A stretch of DNA of 64,000 nucleotides, taken from assembly GCA_002633005.1 (NCBI GenBank), contig NMRA01000823.1, positions 38,697 through 102,696 on the forward strand, in the 5' to 3' direction. The stretch is from Phoronis australis. Lineage: Eukaryota; Animalia; Phoronida. The translations under genes and the position numbers were made by a program. The notes under the pieces are model-generated. The model did not search any database. It saw nothing but the letters and a program-made list of their open reading frames with translations, and was not told the DNA's origin. Position 1 is the first letter of the stretch. Every line of letters starts with the position of its first letter. Positions 41,601 through 54,463 of this stretch are shown here, one piece after another.

Positions 41601-41888
41601 TACAAGTAATCTGCTTAAAATTATACTCAAACAACTTGCACGCGTTGATTGTTGCGACGGGTGGTTTGTTGGTGTATTGTTTATTAACTTCTTAAGTCGA
41701 AAATGAATTGCATTAGGGGCTAAACCGCAATGGAAACTATTGATTGTTAGGAAAACGAGTATCTATCTAGGGGTTAACCAAGTAACGTAAGACACTTACC
41801 ACCACATAGGCGTGATAGATTCCACCAAATAAGTGTTCAGCACAACGGTGACAAAATAAAGCATCCGTCGCATCGCCAGGCCTGCCAT
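11229..41888 (-). CDS. WNT5: Wnt5 secreted signalling ligand, complete spliced CDS (4 coding exons, 366 aa)
   Basis: join(41888-41800, 30147-29891, 15482-15190, 11690-11229) = 89+257+293+462 = 1101 nt, open throughout, intron phases 2,1,0, all GT-AG. Wnt5-type motifs [14 protein letters not shown]...[39 protein letters not shown], and [10 protein letters not shown] (acylated Ser). Confidence 0.95.
15190..15482 (-). CDS. WNT5: Wnt5 coding exon 3
   Basis: Acceptor tgtgttccag|CT at 15482, donor CGA|gtaagt at 15190. Encodes [26 protein letters not shown]...LHNNEAGRR. Confidence 0.95.
21156..21421. mobile_element. MITE family C copy (CATGCGCGCACCCAG-type TIR), inverted relative to 23177-23427
   Basis: Degenerate TIRs catgcgctcacacaag / ctgggtgcgcacatg. 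Interior (gagccccccatttggcgaag...ccgcctcag) is the reverse complement of the interior of the 23177 and 52717 copies. Confidence 0.7.
22810..22885. mobile_element. 76-bp mini-MITE family B monomer with 5-bp TSD TTGAA (hAT5-like)
   Basis: TTGAA at 22805-22809 and 22886-22890. TIR catgggcggcg / ctccgccaatg; internal palindrome ggggggctatagcccccc. Confidence 0.8.
23177..23427. mobile_element. MITE family C, 251 bp, perfect 15-bp TIR
   Basis: catgcgcgcacccag (23177-23191) / ctgggtgcgcgcatg (23413-23427). Flanks atacg / gtacg give a 4/5 match to a 5-bp TSD. Confidence 0.8.
29891..30147 (-). CDS. WNT5: Wnt5 coding exon 2
   Basis: Acceptor caaccgcag|G at 30147, donor ATA T|gtgagt at 29891. Encodes [31 protein letters not shown]...[15 protein letters not shown]...FGKVLDI. 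Confidence 0.95.
34128..34274. mobile_element. Mini-MITE family B head-to-tail dimer with 5-bp TSD ATAAA
   Basis: ATAAA at 34123-34127 and 34275-34279. Units 34128-34196 and 34200-34274 are separated by gaa. Confidence 0.8.
34700..35240. mobile_element. MITE family A copy 2 (inverted relative to 133-706), possible TTAGG TSD
   Basis: TIR gcctcgttggttccttgcgtgc / gcacgcagggaaccagcgagac. TTAGG at 34695-34699 and 35241-35245. Interior collinear with the reverse complement of 133-706. Confidence 0.85.
36762..36919. mobile_element. Mini-MITE family B head-to-tail dimer with 5-bp TSD ACAAA
   Basis: ACAAA at 36757-36761 and 36920-36924. Units 36762-36835 and 36839-36919 are separated by gac. Confidence 0.8.
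36969..37063. mobile_element. 95-bp palindromic PIF/Harbinger-type MITE with CAG TSD
   Basis: TIR ggctgcgttccgtagacg(c)aagaat / attctt(c)cgtctacggaacgcagcc. CAG at 36966-36968 and 37064-37066. Confidence 0.8.
41800..41888 (-). CDS. WNT5: Wnt5 first coding exon (signal peptide), not in the ORF track
   Basis: aaccATGG start at 41888. Encodes [29 protein letters not shown](W) with a hydrophobic core and the WW typical of Wnt N-termini. Donor TG|gtaagt (phase 2) matches the G| of the exon at 30147. An in-frame TGA lies upstream. Confidence 0.85.
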
Positions 41889-41973
41889 GGTTGGAATTTG
41901 TTGCAAACTGTGAGATCTACTCCCGAACTCGACGCTCTCGACCCGCTCCGAAGGCGTTCACCGCTGTCTCAAA
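41889..41973 (-). other. WNT5: Wnt5 5'UTR part of the first coding exon, preceded by a splice acceptor
   Basis: Minus strand gtcttttattttaacag| ends at 41974, which implies an upstream non-coding exon. Confidence 0.55.
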
Positions 41974-43149
41974 CTGTTAAAATAAAAGACAAGTTTTCCC
42001 GAGTGCACACATAATGAAACTTATAGGCGTCCGTGTATTTCGATACGCATCCGTTACGGTCTACATGACTTGGTGTAGGTCGCTTATTGCTGTTACGTTA
42101 TTAACTGCGGCCGCAACGAGAGACGACTTGAAGAAATGATTCCAGACAAACGACTGCGACAGGGCAATGAATTTTCTTTTAACTAGCCCTCTCTTCTATA
42201 AGCAGATTATTCCTGTCGAAATTACGAGCTTTGGCTGCGACACACAAATGTTAATCCAAAACACAATCGCGCAGCCTACAGTGGACGAAAACTTTTGTTC
42301 AACTGAATGGATCTCGACTGAGTACTCAACATTTAATGGAGAACGACAGCGTCCTCTGTTGGCGTCTTCGTCCTCCTTAGGCTGATTTGATAAGAGGGTA
42401 CGTCAAGCTATGAGAGCTTTTTGTTGACACACATAAGAATAACCAAAACAAACGACGTGGACTGCTAACACAACCCCATACCAGCTGCACCCAGCAGTGG
42501 CGTGTGTTTATTGAGAAGGAGAACACGGGTGAGNGCCAAAGAATCTAAATTTTGATTTGGACCACTTCCACCAAAAACAGGTCTCGCAACTTGTTCATGC
42601 CGAAGAGGAGAAATGATTTCCTAGATTTTAAGGCACTGTTCAAACTTAAGATCATCAGCTGTTCATCAAATGACCGGCCGTGACAAGACAGTTGTATTAT
42701 TCTGTGGAGCAATACATGTATTTAGCTCTCTCAAAGTCACGATTACTATCATTAATTGGAATAAGGAACACGTTGAGGCCCATTTTATGTCACAACGAAA
42801 AGTTGTCAAAACCAAACGTTCTTTGTTTGACGGAAGGTGGGTTAATAACAATTATTATGGTTGATGCCCTGTGTTTTTGTGATACACGACCTGAAATTCG
42901 ATAGTCTAACATAAAAATACAACCGTAAATGTCGCACGAATTTAAGCCCATGTCCCTCTTAGAAATGGTGCGTTTTGTTTCAAAAATAAAAAAGAGTAGG
43001 CCTACCCGAGTGTTTTGCTAAAATCCTCGCGCCCGAAGTCTCACTTTTCAGAGTAAGCGTCCATTCACTGTGCGTAAGCGTATGCTTTTTCATTGGAGTT
43101 TTAGCACGTTTTGTTTAAAAGACGAAAAGAATGAATCTGAAACTAAACA

Positions 43150-43440
43150 CAACAATGGATCAACCGAAATTTTCGGATATAATCACATCCTGTTTCTTAA
43201 TTACATCAGTTTTTGGCCATAGTAGAATCAAAAAAACGGACAATCGCATCATAAATAAAAAGTTCATATTGATTCGACGTTTCGTCTTTTCATTAGACAT
43301 CATCAGTTTATAAACAATAAGATACCAAGTGTCGACATATCAGTCAGGTTACATCCATGATGTGAAACGAGCGTAGTTTCTGTTTCTGTCGGAGAAAGGA
43401 TGAGATAATATCCGAAATTTCAGTTGATCCATGATTGTTG
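43150..43440. mobile_element. ~290-bp foldback element with ~40-bp inverted termini and an internal hammerhead-like motif
   Basis: caacaatggatcaaccgaaattttcggatataatcacatcct versus the reverse complement of the right end, caacaatcatggatcaactgaaatttcggatattatctcatcct. Confidence 0.7.
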
Positions 43441-46400
43441 TTTTGTTTAAAAAAAAACAATGTTTAATTAAAATACACGCCAATGCCGATGGTTTTATTT
43501 CGGATAAATCACGCATCATCTGTATGACATTTCGAAACGGATCTCATTGATTTCACACATAAGCACATGCGCCTGGTCCCCGATATAGGCGCATCTTCGC
43601 AAACAGGCCCATGGGGCTAAATACTAACATATACAGTGTATTTAATTGCGTTTCTTTAAAAAAAGACCACATTGTGAGAGAAAATGACTTTTGACTAAAA
43701 TAATGTTTTGGTGTTTTAATTAAAATAAACCAGGGCGAACATCTACCATTTCCACAACTAAAGACAGTTTGCAATTTAACGTATTCAATGTATTCTAGGA
43801 ACCAAGCAGTTCCTAAATTCAAGGAATGTGTATTTCTGAACTATCGCCATTCTTGTTAAGCTGATGTCGAGCGGTTAAAACAAAGGAACACCACTATAAA
43901 ATGATGTCATAGACCCAAGTATTTTAAACTATTACTGATGTTTGCGAACGGAAAAATACTAAAAATTCCATGAGTGCCTTATATTTCTTCCGATTATTGA
44001 AGAGGTATAAAGTCATTGATTGGAACTGAGCTATTGGAAGCGCTCATCAAAGCACTTGTGCATAAAAGGCGAGGATGAACATAAAACAAAACGTATCTGT
44101 TAATTAGAATTGAACAGAACACCTGTAATTCGTGTTATTATTGACAGATACAAGCGAACATCTTGTAGGCGAGGCGACGACTGAACATCATGGCAAAATA
44201 CCATGAACATTTAGCGGTTAAACATTTCTAAATATTTATCGTTCCGATACCGATCCTCCACGTTTAATTATTCTTGAAATTAAAACAGACCTCAACATCC
44301 TCAAATGAGACAACTATTAGTAGCTTCTGCGATATACGTCACACACAATTGGCTCTCAACATCATTTAAGTTGTTAAGACAGAATGGAACCGTGACCCTT
44401 TGGAACATTCTTGAATGTTTAAGACGTGTACAGGGCCCTATCCCTTTAAGTCTGTGCATTGAGCCAAATACCTACCAACTGTACAAAATAATCCAATAAA
44501 GTATACTTTTTCTAAAAGTACTTCGCCTGTTTTTCACTGCCCTTGACTGGTTCACGCGACATTGTACTTTTGATAAAATTTAAATAAATATAAAGTTTGA
44601 TTCATAACAAAAAAAAACGTAAGACATTGAAAACACGAACAAATGAACAAATTTCGTTTAATAGCTAGAAAACAGTTTGCTAAATTGACATTCTTTTTTT
44701 CTTATCATACAACTCTGTTCACAAAAATCGTGAAAATCTTATATTTTCTCATTACCTCTTGCAAAAGTGGACCATTTAATAAAATCCTAACATAGCATTT
44801 GGGCATAGCGTATAAAACATTGTATCTATTTTTTATATTGATCTGATCAGCCATTTCTGAATTTTAACTCTAAAAGTGTGCGCTGTCGAATCTAGAATAC
44901 GAGTTAGAGCAGGAGACTTTTACATCCTTCAGTGGAGTAGACGTTTGAAATAGCCCGAAATAGGAACTAAGCGGTTGTTTTATTATTTTCTTTTTTATTT
45001 TGTGAGGTCTCGTTTCAGTTCAATAATTTTATTTTTTGTATATTAGGTATTACAATATGACAGTATGAACAAGTAATAAGACGTGTTTGGCCACAGTGAC
45101 AAGCGAAGCAAACCTCACGTTTATGTTTTAAAAAGTATTTTTAATGCATACAAAGCTAAACACTTTGTGCTCACTTGGCTGCGCGTTAACTAAGTGCACT
45201 TTAGTTAAGACATGAAATCGGATTCCTAGATACATGTATCACAAATATGGTGAATTCTGAAGCACTATAAATGCTGTTTTAATCTGCCAAAAATAATAGA
45301 TCGCGATTGAAAATTCTAGGTTACCATAGTTCACCTGTAAGTTATAGACAACACTAATTGAACTATTTATTCTTCTAATTAAAATAATGTCCATGCTTGT
45401 TTTTGTTGTTCTAAGTTGGCAAAGATGAATGATGGGGAATGATGGTCCCTTACTGGGGTACCGGATGTTAAATACCCAGACTGATGCCCGTTATTCAGGG
45501 GAGAAAACTAATTCTCAAATGCGAGAATCCCGTAAGTGGCCATTACTATAGTTCGGTGTAATGAGGTTAAATTCGATACCTGAACAACACTTTGTGCCTT
45601 TGTCAATGACAGGACATTCATCTCTGAATATCCGTAACAGAACCTCAGTTTGGGTGCAGACCGGCCAATGTGCGTAACATCCGCGTACATTTCTCCAACC
45701 GGAAATTGACATCGTTTTCACGAGCGAATGTTTCATTTGTTACGACAATTTCGAAGAATATTCATCATATACCGTTATCAGAATAACCACTCCCATTTTT
45801 TCACTTTCTCATCCCCAGCAGTCTTAGTCACTGATCGTATTTTGTTTTCATATTTTTTTTTTTCAAGCACCGCTGATAACACATCTGCAACTGCACTCGT
45901 GCAATGAAAAACAACTTGGCCTTAGAGCATAATTACGGTTATTCAGAAAATTATTTTTTATTAGAAAAAAATTGCTTTCATGAGAAAAGAATGTTGCTAA
46001 TGAATGCACGTGTAAGCAGTTCGTGACAGGCGAATTGTGGCTATGTACCTGGAACAGGGGAGGAGTTAAATTCATGGATTTCGGGTAGGCCAACGAATGA
46101 CGTAGGTATGCACCTAACACAGTCGGATCATTGTTCAATCAGTGACAATATTTAGTGTAACAACCTGAGTCATTTAATAATTGCGTTTTCATAAACATAA
46201 GTGATGTGGACGCACGTTTCCTGCCACAATATTCCGTAACACGAGAGTCGAATTTCGCCACATACCTCGCATATTTCGCTATTCGGTGTGGGGTCGCAGT
46301 AAACATCAACGACAATAAAGCTTGTTTATTCTAAACAGCTAGATAATTTTCATTCTTAACTTTTCCATAGAGATGATTTTCGCTCCTAACCAGCACCTGT

Positions 46401-49400
46401 AAGCAGTTTGCTCTCGACGGAATAAGGTTTCATAATAAATTTGATCAACTTATTACGCGAGTGTGTTCACGCAGTGGCGGTGCACCGAGTAGTCCTCGTG
46501 GGATAATGTTATTAACTTATTTTCTAACTATGATTCCCATTGTCCGTAAAAAGTTAATGAATAATGTGAATTTTCATGAAAAGGTCAAGCGCCGTCTGAA
46601 AACAGTCTGTGACACCCGTCGCGACGGCAAGAAAAAGCAAAAACAACCCAATCTGCACGTACTGTATTGATCTGGATTTACACGTTGCAATTTTCTGTGC
46701 AGCTATTTATTTCATAGCGATATAATTCCCTTTCTCTACAACGTTGACGGCTCCATACATGTACTTAGGGGAGCGTTGACTACTAGGAAAACTAAAGCCA
46801 CTTCTTGGATCAGCAACTTGGCGAACAGACAGTCGAATGCACGCCCTGGGGTAAAACATGGTGTCTACACGAGGACATTATTATGTTGATTAAATTCCTT
46901 TTTAAATAAATGTTTTTGAAAATCCTCGAAATTATCGACAGAGGTCACTCGCAAGAGCAGCAGAAGCAGCAGCACTGTCACAATATTCACCAGCTTAGGA
47001 ATATGACTAATCTCAATGTTATCCTGCAATAACGTCCTTTTGGAGAATGTATCGATTCATTTTCCAAGTATATTGGGGTACCCTTTAGATATCTTTTCAA
47101 AAAGAAAGGTAAAAAGTCAAAAACAACTTTTCTGACTATAGCGCCATCTAACGATCTCCTCATCTGCATGCTCGTTTTGCTTTTGTGTTTTGTCTCTACA
47201 GCCGGGCCGTAGATGAGTAAACGTTCATAGGAAAAAAACGCCAAAAGTGGGTAAAACAATCCTGAAGCGGGTGGCAGATCCCCTTCAATGTAAAATTCAT
47301 TGGCCCTGAACTGAAATGTTAAATCATAGGGAAAGAACAGATATTGGACGAGGCACAGACTAACGAAAAATGTCGTGCATGGGAGTGGTAAGAGTCCTCA
47401 GCCGTTGACGATCAACAATTGAGTCTTGAGGCATTCACGGAGCAATGGTGACTGCCGACGGTTCTTGCCAGACAACTGAGTGATAGAGTGGTTCACTTAC
47501 GTCCATTAATGGCTAAGTAATCAAATAATGCCTTTTGGCATTCAAAACTGTCTGTGCAGGATACAGATTCAATTTCGAAAACTTTCCTTTACAGATATTC
47601 TTTGTCCCTTTTAGCAACTTTTGTTGTCTACCTATTGTCATACATAATCCGACTAAAGTTGACTCAAATCGTCTCCGGTCCTTGACCTTTGAGCGAGACT
47701 CCAAAAAGGATTATTGCTTGTTGAAGAAAACTTAAAGTCTCAAACGCCCTACTATAGTCACTCGAATTCGAGTTGTTTATCAAATATGGACGATTATGAA
47801 TATTGACGCTGCCACGAAAGTGTCTATCAACCGGCAGAGATGCCGACATTCTACGAAAGCCTAGAACTTAGGAGTATATGATAGCCAAATTTCAACATCT
47901 AATAATTATAGACAAATCTACCTCAGTGCCGATTAGGGTTTTTAAAATCATGGATATTGCTTGATAAGTGTTTTCTGTAACCTTCTGCAAACAATATTTC
48001 ACAGATTGAGCGATATGTTATCCCAACATAACTTCCAGATGTTGGACAATTCTGAATGAAACCAAGGTCATTATTTACAAAACTTAGTTTGCCTCTCATA
48101 CAATGAATATCTGTATATTTTAGAACGAAAGTGAATGGATTTTTATTGCACTTGGTCGTTTGAAGTGAAGGTAAAATAAAACCAAGGCTGAAGAAAAAAC
48201 AGCTCCGTTTTCTTTCTATTACATCAAGTAGGTAGCTCGCCATGACAAGTCTCTCCAACTTCGTCTTACGGTTTTACTTTTAAATGATGATCATCGGCGA
48301 TAATCGTCATTGATATCAAAGGGAACGTTTCCTTTATATTCTGTGAGTTATATTTAGCTACACAAAATATCCAAATGACAACCATTTTCCGATGATTAAA
48401 CGAACTTCAACTCCCATTATTTTAACCGCGTCGTTAGATCAAAGGAGTGTCCAAACGTTTACCTTTGTAGACGGCTCGTGAGCCTTACTAAACTTGGACC
48501 GCTTCAGTTCATTTGCTCTCCCAATTATAATTGATAGTTGGAACCAAGTGCAAGCCGGTAATTAAGATAAATTGAGATCAGTTTTATGCAGGAAGCTATT
48601 CATCGGTTTTTCAACTAAATTTGTTTATATTCACTTAGTAAAACAGTTTTAATCAGGATTTCAACTTCGAAAGTTTAATTTTGCCTTCTCTGGTCGTCTG
48701 AAGATGACTTACCTTAGTTTAAACTTGCATAATTATTGTCCAGCAGCCATTCCTTTTTAACTCTAAAAAATCCCAAATGATTGACTCCAGTAGACGCAGG
48801 TTAATAATTCAAAGCGTTTTTACATAGCTCTGAGCTCAACAAAACCTGTTGCCTAACCCGAGGAACTAACTGCATGATCCCGTATTGTCTGCAGAACGGA
48901 ACGCCGCGAGAATATTGAGGCACACGCGTCAATCAGACGCTTTTTAACACTTCCAAGTCAAAGTTTAGAGTGTCAAGCATTTCGCATGTCCGCGATTTTG
49001 CCTGGGGCGGATTCTGTCGCGAACGTTGTCAATGTTTAGATGGTCTCGAAATTCAACAACCTACATACCTCTGTTTACTTTGGGCCTCGAAGCCAGGCTT
49101 TAAACTAATCATTTAATCAAGCTATGACAACTTGTTTTTATAGTTTGCTTTATACAGTGTTATAGAATGCGAGTAATTCATGCGCAGAGATAAAGGCTAA
49201 AGCTATCTATATAAATATTACATTCTGCTATTTATCACTCCGAGAATTGATCACAAAGCTGAAGTTTGTCGTTTTGTATTGACAAACTGGTTTCAATTCT
49301 ATGAGTCTCCGATTTCCGCGATAAGACCTAGTTTACTGCAACCACTTTCATTCATAAGTTCTTATGCTCTTTTGTCGAGTCTTTATTTGTATTAGTGAAA

Positions 49401-50377
49401 TATTTCAGCCGTGTAGTGGTATTGCTTGTCTCTTGAAACTATATCTCGCCTTTGTGCCACATCGTGACAACAACACGAACATTTCACCACCCACAGTGTT
49501 CAGACAACTCATGGCGCACGTGCCCAGTGATGTGCCCCCTATTGGCCAGGAAGGTTTTGGTAATCTCCCGACAAATTGGATCCCTCGTACAAACTATTAA
49601 TTTGAGCCCAACTTTTTTTTTTGGGGGGGGGGATATTTCTCAAAATGGAGCTCTAAAACGGACGCGACTGATGAGAAGATCGCACACTAAGTTAAAGTGA
49701 CATCTCTCTGCCCTCTTCCATGTAAAACGCATATTAACGGTACTCATCAGGTTACTCAGCCACACAAAACATGCTTCAATAGTGTCAACCATGCTAGCTA
49801 AAGATTTCTATTTTCTCTATACTACACTGTACTATTTCGAGACCATGATATTCAGGTGAAAACCTGAGACGGTACCCCCTCTTCCTTATTGCCACCACTG
49901 ACGTCACTACAGTATATCAACTCAAACTTATTGGAAAACCCCAGGGGCATGCAACTTTGTGAAAATCTGAAACAGTTAGAGTGGAGGGGAATCAATTGAG
50001 GAGCCAGAATTTTCGGCACGAAAGAGGACGTCTTCATCGGATACAGTTCCGAATAAAAATCATATTACCATCTACTGGAGTCCGTGGTAGACTCGATTTC
50101 GAGTAAAAGTACGTAGCGGCCTCTTTTGGGCTTTTCAAAAACAATCCTTAGGCTTTGTCCACCTGCAGTGGAGGATCTAGGATATCACAAGGGGGGGGCA
50201 ACATTTTTCTGTAAGCATTTGCGCAAACCACGATTGTAGATGCGCATACCACCGGGATATTTTTCTGTTTTTTTTCCTCTAAAACTCAACCATTTTCCTT
50301 GATTCCTGAAGTATTATCCAAGAAAAAAGGCAAAAAAAGGAGAACGTGTCAAACAGGAAAAACTGCATATACCACAA

Positions 50378-50431
50378 ACTCGAACTCACGACCTGGCGGA
50401 TAGAGCGCGAGTGCTTTACCACTACACCACC
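50378..50431 (-). mobile_element. tRNA-derived SINE-like head fragment
   Basis: Minus strand gtggtgtagtggtaaagcactcgc...ggtcgtgagttcgagt contains Pol III A-box and B-box. No acceptor stem. A related fragment lies at ~57044-57087 (gtggcgcagtggtaaagcattg...ggtcgt). Confidence 0.5.
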
Positions 50432-52716
50432 ACGATTTAACTCCTACTCTGACACTAAGAGACCTACTTGTTTATGGTCCACAGCGTTTCGCGCGAAACC
50501 TACTTCTTTTTGTAATGCTTATTACATGTTTTATATTTTGTGCACTCGGTTCGTAACAAATTTGTTGTATTTAAAATAGTCTTCAAATGCCCAAAAGACC
50601 AAATCCGTTTTTCGTATTGGCAATAATGGCGGGATTGCTTTGGAAATCGTCTTAGGTTAAGGTTTGACAAAGAGAGAATTGTGACTTTCTGAGTAATTCA
50701 CTAAGGCTTCGATTAAAATTTCACATCTTACCAACAGCTTCTGTTTTTTCATCGTCACTGAGGTTCCATTTTCTTTAAAAAATGAAATAAATTTGCTTCA
50801 TTGCACAGTGGAGCAGACGACGGAAACGGAGTCGTAGTGCGCAGCGCCACTGCCGGTCGCCTGGGATAGCGCGGGAGAGCCTATACTTAGCCATAGTTCT
50901 GTTACGATTGCGCCGAATTTGACACTTAAAATTGGATCTGAGCCCCCCCCCCACAAACACTAAAACTGCACACATTTAAATCTTGTTTCATCCGTATAAC
51001 TTTAATTACCTGGGTTAATTAATAAACTCAACATTTCCCTACGCTCTTGCTGTTTTATTTTTTGCGGCTGCCAAGGGCCCCCCTAAATCCGCCTATGACA
51101 TGGACACTAAAACTATCGCAACTTGAACCTGCGTCACTCACACACCAGATCAGTCGCGTGTCCAGACGACAATCTCACAATTGATGCAACGAAAGTGGAG
51201 AAGGACGGCGTAAATCACTCGTGGATGCCATTCTAGTATTTTTAGTGTTACCGGCCACACAACCGTGGTTGCAAACTGTTGTTCATCAGTGAAAAAATTA
51301 AAAGTGCGATATTTCCCTACTGTAAGTAATGAAAAGGCTAGAGAAAAAGGAACTTGGCATGAGGTGTGTTAATGGCGCGAAAAGTAGAGAATCAAATCTT
51401 GGCTAAACTCAATTGCAAGTAAGCGCGTAACGATTGCTGGGTTAGTTTCATATCTCGAAGTTTCACTTTATGGTTCGCAGGCAGGTACATATAGTCTCAA
51501 AACAATGTGAATTAAGAAAATAACCTCTTAGTGACTCTACATAAGTCCAGACTCATCCGTAACCGATTTCACCGCACCCTAAATAAAACGGACTCTTGCT
51601 TTTAATTCAAATAAGGCCATAAAACATAGATGGTTCAGGTCTCTGTTTTTGATTTTGAAAATCCGTGGGTGTTGGGACATTTTTGTTGTATAGCTTTTCA
51701 AAAAGAAAATCTCACTAAGACAAGGAAAAACGATGCAGGGTGTGTTTTGTTTTTTACTACCCATCACTTGGGAAATCATGGCGTTTCAAGCTTTGCTATG
51801 CTTGCGTACTTGCCCCTGCGCAGTTTTTTTAAACATTTCAAAAAACAAAAACACAAGGAGACCTTGGCTGAAAATGATACAAAACGTTATGAGGATTATC
51901 TTTTCATAATAGTTCTTTTCTACACGTACCTCGACAACGGTATTCATATTCATTTTCACTACTTTCAGACCGACATATCTTTTTCATGCAATCTAGCAAC
52001 GACAAATTGATTGTTCATCACACACAAGTTTAAGACATTTGACAAGGGAGTGGCTTATTTTGGGCCTGTGATTACACAGTGGTACAAGGTGTTCTGATCC
52101 GCCTTTTTGTACTTTCGCGCCGTGGAGAAACCCAATATCAGTCTCAAACTCACTTTGGGTGTTTGTGACGATTCACAATGATACTTACAAGAATATTTTG
52201 TACAAATTGGCGTCTTTCTGATTTGGCCCCGATCTCAGTTTTGTCCACGAGTAAGCCCCCTCCAAAACCGTCACGGAAGTCAATCGACGTCATAGAGTTC
52301 TCACAAAATGGTAATTGGTCATAAGAAAAGGACACCTTTCAAGAGAAACAAAATCTATCGAGTTGATTGAATTGCGGATGATGAAAATTGTAATAAAAGA
52401 ATTGCGTCGATGAGAAAGGGACGCCGTTGACGAGAACACCCGAGCAGACTGTTAGGGAGCTCTTTTCTACGTGTATCTTGGTTACGAAGACGACTCGCAA
52501 AAATAGAACATCGCAGACGTGTGCGCCACTTGACGACATAAAAACAAATCAAACAGTATGAGAAAACATTCTGGACGAATACACTATATTTGCGATGTGC
52601 GTGTGAAACTAACAGTTCTTGGAAGAATCTAACAACCAAGGCAATGAAAAATTAAGTCAGACCCTATCGCCTATTATTGCATTGCGACTGATATATGGAG
52701 ACTGATATACATGTAC

Positions 52717-52912
52717 CAGGCGCGCACCCAGCCTTCAATATGAGGGTGCTCGAATTCTTCTTTTACTAATAAAATAGTTAGTCGACTAAAAAAATACAAA
52801 ATAAAAAAACAGTACGTGCTGTGAAGGTGAATTCTGCCTTTGCGCCCTTTTAGTGGACTTTTATCTCGTTTTCTCGGAGTTTTTGTTTCTCTGAGGCGGA
52901 CCTTTTTGCCCA
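52717..52912. mobile_element. MITE family C truncated copy
   Basis: caggcgcgcacccagccttcaatatgagggtgctcgaat matches the start of 23177. tagtggacttttatc...ctgaggcggacctttttgccca matches the interior. It ends at an N. Confidence 0.7.
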
Positions 52913-53160
52913 NCACATGTGTACGGAACAACGCAGCTCTAGAGCCAATCATACTACCCGCCGACCCCGGTGCAGTCTTCTTGAGACGAAACAGGTGAAC
53001 GAGTGGACACTTTCACGCACATTTCGCGAGATTGTTGGCCGTTAGACCTAAATCAATAAGGATTATTTCATGCAGTTCAAAATTTATTAATGAATAATAA
53101 AACATTTTCGTGACATGATTAATGTCAGTGAGTGTGCAAGTGGCATTTTTGATGAAACAG

Positions 53161-53327
53161 GAACAAGCCTCCCGTTCAGTAACGCTAGAAAGACCTCGCT
53201 AAAAAGCAAGACTTCGCGAGATTACGTGAGATATTGCCGTGTATTTTAAACGAGAACAAATGACTTTCACTACATTTTAGCTAGGTCCTAACGTAGGTCC
53301 TAGCCGTTACTGAACGCACGCCTGTTC
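53161..53327. mobile_element. ~165-bp MITE with imperfect TIRs
   Basis: gaacaagcctcccgttcagtaacgctag versus the reverse complement of the right end, gaacaggcgtgcgttcagtaacggctag. Interior shared with 50-132. Confidence 0.65.
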
Positions 53328-53445
53328 ACACGGACCAATGAACTGTAAGCGAGTCCTCCAAAGACCAGACGTTCTCACAAACGTGACTTCCTACCACAGA
53401 CAGGATGGTTAATGATGTGATACACTAACAATCTTCCTCGCCCAT

Positions 53446-53521
53446 CCGTCTTGATATGGGGAGAGGTGGACCCGACCCGCGGTTTCAGCCCAGGGTCCAC
53501 GTCTACCCAATATAGATACGG
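53446..53521. repeat. Short imperfect palindrome (mini-MITE-like hairpin)
   Basis: ccgtcttgatatggggagaggtggaccc versus the reverse complement of the right arm, ccgtatctatattgggtagacgtggaccc. Confidence 0.5.
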
Positions 53522-54463
53522 TCTCAGTCTAACTCGTCTTCAAACTTGAGGTCTGGTATCAGTTGGCGCATGGTAACAAAGAAGAGTCTAAAGCCATTGC
53601 AGACGGTATTAGTTGGGCTCGGCGAAAAACAAAAACAAAAAGGAATCTCGATTGAGCTACATGTAGCATCAGGTGACGATTGTAAAAAAAGGATATTGGA
53701 TCACCTCAGTTGGCATCTGGCGACATTCTTTTTCAAATTATGGAAATTGAAAATACCACGTGACCACGATAATTTACAAAAAATATCCGAGCCGTTTATG
53801 CCTATTTGACATAACGTCCAAATTTTCTTTTTAGGCCTACAGATGTCGTTATTAACCACAGTTCGCGATCGGTCACTGCTTATTTTACAACTTATTTTCG
53901 CAAAATGGCTCAGTGTCCAGGAGACACGGACTGAAGGATTGCAAAAAGTCAAAACTAGTTAGTTCTATTACATATATACACACAAACATGTATATACATA
54001 TATGACCTCTGGCCCTAAAGCTTTCGGGAGAACATTTTTTCTCAAAGTAATCAAATGCTCTTTTAAAGAGCCTTTGACCATTTGCGACAATTTCTGTTCT
54101 CTCAAGAGCCGCACGTCCGTTCTTACCCGCTACAGCGTTTCCACATCAATGGCAAATCAACTTTTAATTACAACCTCAGTTTTCCAGTTTTCTCCATGAG
54201 GAAGGAAATTTGTCTATTTCCTAAACCTACATCCGTTCGCATGAAGATTTAGAGGGGCAGGTGCCGGCCCCCCTACGGGCAAGGACAGAATTTAAAACCG
54301 ATGTCGCGAGTTTAGGGTTCAGCGGACCCCTTCTTCAAAATTTACGGATGCTACCATGCAAAGTCCGAGATCCGCCAGCCAGTATCACACTCGTATATTA
54401 CAGTCAACGCTGACACTTTCAAAGAGGACAAATGGCACCTTAACTAGTGTCCCTTTGGCTACA

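Noticed and set aside
50378-50431. Functional tRNA gene
   Set aside because: A and B boxes are present, but there is no acceptor stem or coherent anticodon arm. It fits a SINE head better.
12377-54199. Numerous 60-130-aa ORFs in Wnt5 introns and intergenic DNA, and ORFs antisense to real exons
   Set aside because: They show no recognisable domains, many start at non-ATG codons or overlap repeats, and their lengths are within chance expectation.
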